From Verrucomicrobiales bacterium (lineage in GTDB: Bacteria > Verrucomicrobiota > Verrucomicrobiia > Limisphaerales > J093), in the NCBI GenBank assembly GCA_037439785.1, contig JBBIVJ010000015.1:19573-83572 (forward strand): a stretch of DNA of 64,000 bases, written 5' to 3'. The notes under the pieces are model-generated. The model ran no database searches. It saw only the letters and a list, made by a program, of their open reading frames with translations, and was not told the DNA's origin. This document shows, one piece after another, positions 57,298 through 64,000 of the stretch (the stretch's first letter is position 1; every line of letters begins with the position of its first letter). The position numbers were made by a program, and so were the translations under genes.

Positions 57298-58871
57298 GAA
57301 CAGTCTATCGCACAGGCTTTCCTTTCGAGTCGAACGCTGGCGAAGACCCGTTGAAGGAGGGAGCGGCGCTTTGCTTGAATTGGGCGCTAACGCGACCTGG
57401 GGTCAACAACGGATCTCGCGCCTTGGCAAGCCAACACAGCCAATCCTTCGGGCCGGTTTCCATCGGAGCGGGTTGTTGGCTCGAGGCCCGTTTGCTTGAA
57501 GGTGGGGATCGTCGTGGTTGGGCGATGAGGCTCAGGCACCCACACCGGGACGGTCAGAGAACAGACGAACAAATTACCTGGCAGACCGAAGTTGGGATTG
57601 CTGAAAAGAGCGGCTCCTTCACGTTCACGTGCTCGGTTGCGGTCGGGCGCACCGACAGTGCCATCGCGCCAGTGCGCTTTGGTCCTACACGCCCACGGCT
57701 GGTGCTCGAAATGCTCAAGAAGTTCAGGTGCGGCGGCGCGATTCACCTTTCGGACAAGCCCTACGTGCTTACGAATAAAGCAGACGACGCCAAGCTGTTC
57801 CGCAAACTGTTGGAAAGCCCCTTGCGGCAACTGCCCGTCGTATTTGTCACCCCACGTGTCTCCGGCGACTACGTTGCCGACGCGGCAGTTATCGCCAACC
57901 AACTTGCAGGATTGGCCTACGGGGTCGTGGCGAGTTGTCCGGCGGCCACTCGCTTCTTGAGCCAAGAACTCCCTCCTCAGTTAAACTGCTACGACGGCGG
58001 CGTCCGGGTTTACTGGCCCGGCTTCGCTGTTTCAGATTCTCCTTATGCCCATCCTTTGTGGCTATGGTGGAGAATCTGCTGCTTCAACCAACCTGACGCG
58101 TTTGCAAGGCATTTGCTGGAGAAAATTACTTCGGTCGCTATTTTGAGCCTTCACCCGGACTGGTTAACGTGGGCCACGGTTGAATCCCAAGACCGCGCGA
58201 AAGCAATCGAGCGGGCAAAATCGGCAGGCGACACCGAGCAAAGATTGAAGCTTTTTGAAGAGGAGAACCAGTTGCTCCTAGCGGAGATCGATCAGCTCAA
58301 AGCTGAACTTGACTCCAAGTCAACCGAGTTGAGGGACGCTCGACTAAAGATACACACCTACCTACAGGCGTTCGAAGCGCGTAAGCGGTTAGGGGCAGAC
58401 CAACGGGAGGAGGAAACCATGATTCCTCCCGCGAACGTGGAAGAGGCTCTCGAAAGAGCACAGCAGTTGTTTGCCGGACGTTTGGTCTTCAGCCTAAACG
58501 CCAAGTCAGAAGTACGGCGAAACCCATTCGAGCAGCCCGAGCAGTTGCTGGAAGCTTTGTCTTGGCTGGCCAATCAATATTTCGACTCGAAAAGCGGCGC
58601 GAAGCCGGGCACCCGTCTGCGCGACAGCATCAGGGAAATTCTCCGAGACTGGTTCTACTCTGGCGGCCAGAGTGATCAGACAATGGGGCAATTCAGGGAA
58701 TGGTATCGCTGCCACTTCGAGGACCGAAATTGGGAACTCGGAGAGCACATTGGTACAGGAACGAGCAAGGATTCGCGGCACTCGATTCGCGTAGCATTCA
58801 CCTGGGACAAGCAAGGAAAACGGGTCATTGTTGGATTCATTGGCCAGCACCAACGCAGTCGGAAGACATGA
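57210..58871 (+). other. Low-GC (~50%) foreign segment carrying a single ORF
   Basis: Hand counts: 41/80 (57210-57290), 29/60 (58081-58140) and 30/60 (58261-58320) G+C inside. Outside: 43/60 (56221-56280) and 41/60 (59041-59100). Confidence 0.6.
57294..58871 (+). CDS. Hypothetical 525-aa protein, no family recognised (N-terminal domain + coiled coil + C-terminal domain with a RelE/HigB/Gp49-like terminal motif)
   Basis: Longest ORF in the low-GC segment. ATG 57294 is in frame with track ORF 57216..58871. Balanced amino-acid composition, unlike the Arg/Pro/Gly-rich shadow ORFs. Coiled coil RLKLFEEENQLLLAEIDQLKAELDSKSTELRDARLKIH. C-terminus HSIRVAFTWDKQGKRVIVGFIGQHQRSRKT. Confidence 0.65.
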   Translation: MRTVYRTGFPFESNAGEDPLKEGAALCLNWALTRPGVNNGSRALASQHSQSFGPVSIGAGCWLEARLLEGGDRRGWAMRLRHPHRDGQRTDEQITWQTEVGIAEKSGSFTFTCSVAVGRTDSAIAPVRFGPTRPRLVLEMLKKFRCGGAIHLSDKPYVLTNKADDAKLFRKLLESPLRQLPVVFVTPRVSGDYVADAAVIANQLAGLAYGVVASCPAATRFLSQELPPQLNCYDGGVRVYWPGFAVSDSPYAHPLWLWWRICCFNQPDAFARHLLEKITSVAILSLHPDWLTWATVESQDRAKAIERAKSAGDTEQRLKLFEEENQLLLAEIDQLKAELDSKSTELRDARLKIHTYLQAFEARKRLGADQREEETMIPPANVEEALERAQQLFAGRLVFSLNAKSEVRRNPFEQPEQLLEALSWLANQYFDSKSGAKPGTRLRDSIREILRDWFYSGGQSDQTMGQFREWYRCHFEDRNWELGEHIGTGTSKDSRHSIRVAFTWDKQGKRVIVGFIGQHQRSRKT

Positions 58872-59356
58872 ACCTTGAAGGTGGACTTTGAGACGGTCGG
58901 CGACCCCTCGTTGCTGGCCGTGGACTGGCTGCGCCATCCCTTCGGCCCCGGCTCAAGGTCCAGGAGGGTGACGAAATCGTCGAACCCCCCGTGGACTTGG
59001 TCGAGACGTTCAACTACCTGCTCGGCCTGCACATGAAGAAGTTGCGGGAGTTCCGTGACCGAAAGCGTCCCCACCGCGTCGTGCTCGGCAAGGACCGGCA
59101 GGGCAGGTCGGTCGTGGTCGTCTGTCGCGACACCGATGGGTTGGAGGACAACCCGCGGGAACTCCAGGCGGACCGGCAGTTCATCGAGCAGACCATTCTG
59201 CCCGCGTTGCTGGAGAACGACGCCAAGCCCGACCGGCCTGCCTGTGCCGTGTCCGGCACATCAGACAGGCTCTTGGTCAACCAGCCTTGCACGGTGGCGG
59301 AGGCCGAGGCCATCGAGCCGGAGTTCAAACACCTGATGTTCGCACCTTGGAGCTGA
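58872..59356 (+). pseudogene. C-terminal fragment of an RM-type enzyme, with an internal frameshift
   Basis: One frame reads TLKVDFETVGDPSLLAVDWLRHPFGPG (58872-~58950). Another continues LKVQEGDEIVEPPVDLVETFNYLLGLHMKKLREFRD...VVVVCRDTDGLEDNPRELQADRQFIEQTILPAL to the stop at 59354-59356. The switch lies near the GGCCCCGGC run at ~58944-58952. I recall the ETFNYLLGL-type block from C-terminal regions of RM methyltransferases. Confidence 0.45.
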
Positions 59357-59399
59357 ACGGGCCGGCCAATGCGGCATCCCGGCCCGGCGCGACGGCGAA

Positions 59400-59594
59400 T
59401 CGGCGGGCGGGCTGTTGGGCGCGGAGCAGCCGGTGACGGTCATCGAGATCACCAAGCTCACCGACTACAAACGCGGCGGCGGATTGAGCGTGGTCGTCGA
59501 GGCCTTCGGGCCGAGCAACCTGCTGTTCGTGGACGAAGGACATCGCGGCGCGAGCGGCGAGCCGTGGCGGGCGTTGCGGGGGCGAGCGGCCTGA
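59400..59594 (+). pseudogene. Internal fragment of an SF2 (type III Res-like) helicase including motif II
   Basis: Frame 3 (not listed in the ORF track) reads GLLGAEQPVTVIEITKLTDYKRGGGLSVVVEAFGPSNLLFVDEGHRGASGEPWRALRG then a stop at 59592-59594. LLFVDEGHRG is a DExH Walker B/motif II. No motif I precedes it, and an upstream in-frame stop lies at 59334. Confidence 0.45.
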
Positions 59595-60070
59595 GCGATC
59601 CGAAGATCCAGTTGCACCGCCGGCTGGCTGAGCTGCTGCCCGAGTTGCAACGGACCTGCCGCAATTGTCAGGTGCGGCTGACCTCCTTCATTGTATCGCC
59701 GACGCCTTATGACCAGGCACGGCGGAGTTCGTGGGGGGCGGACCACAGCCGCGAGGCGCTGGCCGCCGAGCACGTGCGGTTTCAGGAGGGCGACTATATC
59801 GCGCAGCCCTGGAGCGCGCTTGTGGAGGATTTGGCTTCCACAACCTCCGCCGGGACATCTGCCGGCGTGGTCGGCAGCAGCGTTCTGACGCACGCAGTTG
59901 CTCGTGCCGCACTACGGAAACGGGTCGAACGTTCCCCGGGCCTCACCACTGGTGTCCCCGCCTGCTCCCTGCTCGGGCTGGGGCGGGTGGTACCCTGAGC
60001 CACGCCGCTCCGGCCGATTTCCCGACCGGACCACCCCGGTGCCGCCCGAGCCGGGCTGCCCACCGGAGCC

Positions 60071-61840
60071 TTACTCAGCCTGCAACCAAAAAATCCGCAG
60101 CGGCTCGGGCAGCACGGGCAGCGTGACGCTGCTCCAACCGTCGCCCCCGGCCACGGAAGCCGCCAGCCGTTCGGCAGGCCCGGCCAGGCCCGGACGGCTG
60201 AGGAGCTTGACGGTGGCCGCCGTCTCCGGCCAGCGGACCTGCACGCCTTCCGGGACACGTGCCGCCGTCAGCCGCAACGGCGCCGCGTTGGAGAAACTCA
60301 GCCGGGCAAACTGCGCGTTGCATTGAAAGGCGCGCAGACCGATCTGGCCGCGGGGGTAATTGGTATCCGCGATGGTCAGCCGGGGGGTGTGCGGGTCGTT
60401 CACGAAGACGCGGATTCGGCTGCCTTCCAGGACGACGCGCAGCCGGTACCAGGTGTTGGTGGTCACGGGCAGCGCGCGGTTGGTCAGGAGGCTCCAGGCG
60501 TTGTGCATGCGCCCCAGGAGCACGAGGCCGGCGGTATCCAGGCCGGCATAGTAACCGAAGGCGTGGTCGGGCCCCTCGTAATCGGGGTTGGTGGTGCGGA
60601 ACATCACGCCGGCGTTTCCCGGAGTGGTCAGCATCAGGTCGGTTTCGAGGATGCCGTCGGTCCAAAACCCGTCTCCGGTCAGCGCCAGACCGTAGGTCCC
60701 GGCGTTGTCGAGCCGAGCGCGTCCGCCTTCGACGACGAAGTTCCCGCCGTAGCGGGTCCAGTCCGCCGCCTTGCTGTCCTGGAAGTCTGCGGTCCACGGA
60801 TTGGGCCAGACGGGCCGGGGCAGCACGGTGCCGAACCGGAGGCGGGCATCGGGATGCACCACCATCACAGCCACCTCATTGGAGCGGGTTTGATAAAGGG
60901 CCGGCCAGGAGTGGGCGTAGCCGAGCGGCCAGGCGGGCGGGTCCAGTTTTTGCCAGGTGCGCCCGTAATCCTCGCTGAGCGACACGACGTTTTCGCAGGA
61001 GGTGAGCAACACCAGACCGTTGCTGAGCGCGGTCACAAATGGCCCGCAATGCTGGCAGGGCACGCGCATTCCCAGGCCGTCGGGCCAGGTGATGCCGTCC
61101 GGGGAAAACTTGCAGTGCACGTCCGCCCGACCGACGCCGACGACCTCGTAAACCAGGAGGTACTCGCCATTGGCCATGCGGGTCATTTGCGACATGCCGG
61201 GACGGAGGCTGCCGCCGCCGGGTTCCACCACCACCCGGCGCTCCGGTCCCCAGGTAAACCCGGAATCGGCCGACACGCGCAAGGAGATCACCTGGCTGTA
61301 GCCGGGATGCTTTTCGTTCGAGTAGGTCACCACCAGCCGGCCGTCCTCGAGGACGAAAAAGTCCGGTTCCCACAGACCCCTGCCCTGCTGTGCGGTTGTC
61401 CCTTCGCTCGCGTCAATGTTGCTCCGATAGGTCCAGGTCAGCCCGCCGTTGTCGCTGGCGTAAACGGGCAGCCGATAGGACTGGTTGGCGATGAGGGAAC
61501 GCATTGTGAGCAGGAGGGTGCCGGCCGCGAGCCGCACCAACTCCCCGTTGTCGAGCGTGCGTCCCGGCTCGCGCACCTCGGCCAGCGGTGTCCACGTGCG
61601 CGCGTGGTCGGTGCTGCGGGCGATCCGCAGATAACTGGGGGTGCCGGCCGGGTACTGGGTGCTGACCGCCAGCCAGTGTCCCTCGGACAACGCCACCATC
61701 CGGCCCCAGCCGCCGCCCAGGACGGCCGTTTCGTTCCAGTTCACGCGCCCGGCCAGGCCGGAGACCTGGGCAATGCAAGCCAGCGCCGCCCAACCCCAGC
61801 CGGGCAGCACCCGTCCGCGCGGGCACAAACGGAAAAACAT
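60071..61840 (-). CDS. BNR/Asp-box sialidase-like glycoside hydrolase fused to a DUF1080 (LamG-like) domain
   Basis: Asp-box motifs STDHARTW, SDNGGLTW, SADSGFTW, SEDYGRTW. The C-terminal ~200 aa (WTRYGGNFVVEGG...FRTTNPDYEG...WYRLRVVLEGSRIRVFVND) matches DUF1080. Start is taken as Met-27 of the track ORF. My hand count of the plus-strand position was off by one, so I rely on the track frame. Confidence 0.75.
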   Translation of the reverse strand: MFFRLCPRGRVLPGWGWAALACIAQVSGLAGRVNWNETAVLGGGWGRMVALSEGHWLAVSTQYPAGTPSYLRIARSTDHARTWTPLAEVREPGRTLDNGELVRLAAGTLLLTMRSLIANQSYRLPVYASDNGGLTWTYRSNIDASEGTTAQQGRGLWEPDFFVLEDGRLVVTYSNEKHPGYSQVISLRVSADSGFTWGPERRVVVEPGGGSLRPGMSQMTRMANGEYLLVYEVVGVGRADVHCKFSPDGITWPDGLGMRVPCQHCGPFVTALSNGLVLLTSCENVVSLSEDYGRTWQKLDPPAWPLGYAHSWPALYQTRSNEVAVMVVHPDARLRFGTVLPRPVWPNPWTADFQDSKAADWTRYGGNFVVEGGRARLDNAGTYGLALTGDGFWTDGILETDLMLTTPGNAGVMFRTTNPDYEGPDHAFGYYAGLDTAGLVLLGRMHNAWSLLTNRALPVTTNTWYRLRVVLEGSRIRVFVNDPHTPRLTIADTNYPRGQIGLRAFQCNAQFARLSFSNAAPLRLTAARVPEGVQVRWPETAATVKLLSRPGLAGPAERLAASVAGGDGWSSVTLPVLPEPLRIFWLQAE

Positions 61841-62316
61841 GTCAGACGATTGGGATACCGGACCGGCGCTACTGTCAAGCGGGCGGATCGCCCCCGAAGA
61901 CGGCGCAACGATCCCCAACCTGGCGACCGGCGTGTTCCAGTTCTCTAATGCCCATGCCAGTAGCCGACACGAGGTCGGATCGAGTTAGGGAGCGTTTACC
62001 CTGCCGGCCGGTAGCGTCCCGCCGCTCCACCCGGTGGCGCGGCCGTGGCTGGTACCCGCCCCACGCACGCCGCCCAAGACAGGCAGCGGCTGACCGGGAT
62101 CGCCAGGGCTTGTCCCTGCCGGCGCCGCTCACCCGGCGGAGCCGTGACCGGGCCTGGGCCAGGGCAGCGTCGGCAGCGGTCGGGGAAGTGGATGAATCTT
62201 GCGGGGTGGGCGTTGCCGGGCCGAACGCAGACGTGCAGGTACAGTAAATGGCCGCCTTTCAGTCCGGCAGGGGGCGAGGTGCTGTTGCGAGAGCCAAGGG
62301 TCCTCCAGCGGCGACA

Positions 62317-62349
62317 AAGAAAAAAGCCGCCCCGGAAACCGGAGCGGCC
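62317..62349 (-). terminator. Rho-independent terminator of ppdK
   Basis: Minus strand reads GCCGCTCCGG-TTTC-CGGGGCGGC followed by TTTTTTC, about 60 nt after the ppdK stop. Confidence 0.7.
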
Positions 62350-62410
62350 AGGTTCGTTCGTGGAGAGGCGGCGCGGCGCGGAGTCGGGCAGGGCTGCGCG
62401 GGCGGTGCCT

Positions 62411-64000
62411 TTACTTCTTCTTTGCCTGCTTTGCAGGTTTGGCCGCGGCGCGGGCGGCTTCCTCTTCCAGCGCGGCCTGGGCGGCGGCCAGCCGGGCCAC
62501 GGGCACGCGGAAGGGTGAGCAGCTCACGTAGGTCAGGCCCAACCGGTGGCAGAACTTGACCGAGTCGGGGTCGCCGCCGTGCTCGCCACAGATGCCCAGT
62601 TTGAGGTCCGGGCGCGCGCTGCGGCCCTTCTCCGCCGCCAGCTTCATGAGCTGGCCCACGCCGGTCTGGTCAATGGTGGCGAAGGGGTTCTTCTTCACGA
62701 TCTCCAGTTCGGTGTAGGCGGGGATGAACGAGCCGGAGTCGTCGCGGCTCATGCCCAGGCAGGTCTGGGTCAGGTCGTTGGTGCCGAAGCTGAAGAACTG
62801 CGCCGTCTGCGCGATCTCGTCGGCGGTCAGGGCGCCGCGGGGCACCTCGATCATGGTGCCGACCAGGTAGGTGAGCTTCACCTTCTTTTCGGCCATAACC
62901 TCGCGGGCGACGCGGTGGACCAGCTCGGCCTGGAGGTCGAGTTCCTTCTTGAAGCCGACCAGCGGGATCATGACTTCGGGCCGCACCTTGAGGCCCTGTT
63001 TCTGGACCTCGGCGGCGGCCTCAAAGATGGCGCGGGCCTGCATCTCGGAGATTTCGGGATAGATGATGCCGAGGCGGCAGCCGCGGAAGCCGAGCATGGG
63101 GTTGAACTCGTGCAGTTCCTTGACCCGCTGGCGGATTTTCTCGACCGGCACGCCCATCTTGGCGGCCAGGTCTTTTTGCGCGGTTTCCTCGTGGGGGAGG
63201 AACTCGTGCAGCGGCGGGTCCAGCAGGCGGATGGTGGCAGGATGGCCGTTGAGGGCCTTGAAGATGCCCGCGAAGTCGCCCCTCTGGTAGGGCAGGAGCT
63301 TGGCCAGCGCCTTTTTCCGGTCCTCGACGTTGTCGGCGAGGATCATTTCGCGCATCGCGTCAATGCGATCGCCCTCGAAGAACATGTGTTCGGTGCGGCA
63401 GAGGCCGATGCCGGTGGCGCCGAAGGCCAGGGCGTTGGCGGTCTGCTCGGGGGTGTCGGCGTTGGTGCGAACCTGCAGGCGGGTGACCTTGTTGCACCAG
63501 TCCATGAGGGTTTTGAACATCTGGTAGGTTTTGGCCTGCTTCGGGTCGAGGGTCTTCTCGATGAGGACCTGCACGATTTCGGACGCGGCGGTTTTGATTT
63601 CCCCCGCATAGACGTGCCCGGCCGTGCCGTTGATGGACAACCAGTCGCCTTCGTTCCAGGTCTTGCCGTTGACCGTCAGGGTGCGTTTCTCATAGTTGAG
63701 CTGCAATGCGCCCGCGCCGCACACGCAGACCTTGCCCATCTGGCGGGCCACCAGGGCGGCATGCGAGCTGACGCCGCCCTTGGCGGTGAGAATGCCCTCG
63801 GCGGCAATCATGCCGCGCAGGTCCTCGGGCGTGGTTTCATTGCGCACCAGCAACACCTTCTCGCCCTTTTCGGCGGCGGCCACGGCGCCCTCCCAGCTCA
63901 GATACATCTTGCCGCACGCGGCGCCGGGGCCGGCCGGCAGGCCGGTGGCGATCAAAGGGGCGGCTTTCTCGGCCTTTTGGTCGAAGAGGGGCGCCAGCAA
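62411..64000 (-). CDS. ppdK: Pyruvate, phosphate dikinase (C-terminal ~529 aa; 5' end outside window)
   Basis: Phosphohistidine loop [18 protein letters not shown]-utilising TIM barrel ([29 protein letters not shown]). The ORF is open to the window edge. Confidence 0.93.
   Translation of the reverse strand: MLAPLFDQKAEKAAPLIATGLPAGPGAACGKMYLSWEGAVAAAEKGEKVLLVRNETTPEDLRGMIAAEGILTAKGGVSSHAALVARQMGKVCVCGAGALQLNYEKRTLTVNGKTWNEGDWLSINGTAGHVYAGEIKTAASEIVQVLIEKTLDPKQAKTYQMFKTLMDWCNKVTRLQVRTNADTPEQTANALAFGATGIGLCRTEHMFFEGDRIDAMREMILADNVEDRKKALAKLLPYQRGDFAGIFKALNGHPATIRLLDPPLHEFLPHEETAQKDLAAKMGVPVEKIRQRVKELHEFNPMLGFRGCRLGIIYPEISEMQARAIFEAAAEVQKQGLKVRPEVMIPLVGFKKELDLQAELVHRVAREVMAEKKVKLTYLVGTMIEVPRGALTADEIAQTAQFFSFGTNDLTQTCLGMSRDDSGSFIPAYTELEIVKKNPFATIDQTGVGQLMKLAAEKGRSARPDLKLGICGEHGGDPDSVKFCHRLGLTYVSCSPFRVPVARLAAAQAALEEEAARAAAKPAKQAKKK

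Noticed and set aside
57387-57965. ORFs overlapping the orphan gene: 57387..57965(-), 57592..57960(+), 58358..58573(-), 58506..58937(-), 58676..59074(-). I considered them as a possible antitoxin or partner gene.
   Set aside because: All are nested inside or antisense to the 525-aa ORF. They have biased composition (Arg/Ser/Cys/Pro) and no start context. No room is left for a second gene in the low-GC segment.
59369-59998. 209-aa track ORF downstream of the RM remnant.
   Set aside because: The first ~70 codons are Arg/Gly-rich and out of frame relative to the helicase fragment, which reads far more protein-like. The remainder (PKIQLHRRLAELL...EGDYIAQPWSALVEDL...) may be another gene remnant, but I cannot assign it. 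Not called as an intact CDS.
56607-62088. A 19-nt direct repeat with one mismatch: CCGCCCAGGACAGGCAGCG at 56607-56625 and CCGCCCAAGACAGGCAGCG at 62070-62088. It brackets the defence remnant plus the sialidase-like gene and could be att-like island ends.
   Set aside because: By rough estimate, tens of 18-19-mers with one mismatch are expected by chance among all position pairs in 64 kb of GC-biased sequence. The similarity does not extend beyond 19 nt. No integrase or tRNA is present. The enclosed sialidase/DUF1080 gene has native-like GC. Worth a dot-plot, but not supported.
61919-62316. ~400-nt non-coding stretch between the sialidase-like gene start and the ppdK terminator. I checked it for sRNA, tRNA or small ORFs.
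   Set aside because: No tRNA-like arms. The track ORFs here (61948..62247, 62045..62518 and others) are Arg/Gly/Pro-rich. It is most likely just the promoter/5'-UTR region of the sialidase-like gene.

Overview
High-GC chromosomal segment. Hand counts on single 60-nt lines give about 68-72% GC. Gene content points to the PVC superphylum, most likely Verrucomicrobiota: H-X9-DG prepilin-like proteins, a PEP-CTERM protein, several Tat-signal Gfo/Idh/MocA oxidoreductases, DUF1080, and PQQ-like propellers. This taxonomic call is an inference. I support about 46 intact CDS, densely packed. I saw no rRNA, tRNA, CRISPR array, transposase or integrase. Housekeeping genes are yceD-rpmF-plsX-fabH, coaD, nadA, purM, argG, the 3' part of ppdK, an M24 aminopeptidase, and pilT. 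There are two MacB-type ABC efflux loci; the adaptor of the first carries a C-terminal EF-hand pair. A 14.7 kb, eight-gene, translationally coupled MoxR/DUF58/BatA-like operon spans 31743-46415. It is flanked by a TPR/HExxH protein and ends in a legumain-like (C13) protein. The one clearly accessory region is 56.6-60.07 kb. It holds short, mutually out-of-frame remnants of at least three defence/RM-type genes: a sacsin-like HATPase N-terminus, the N- and C-terminal pieces of an RM-type enzyme, and an SF2 helicase motif-II piece. Between the two RM-enzyme pieces lies a 1.66 kb segment of about 50% GC with one intact 525-aa ORF of no family I can recognise. That ORF is my best candidate for something undescribed. 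All family calls come from motif recognition by eye on the supplied translations, and no search was run. Many long ORFs in the track are antisense shadow ORFs typical of high-GC DNA and were not called.
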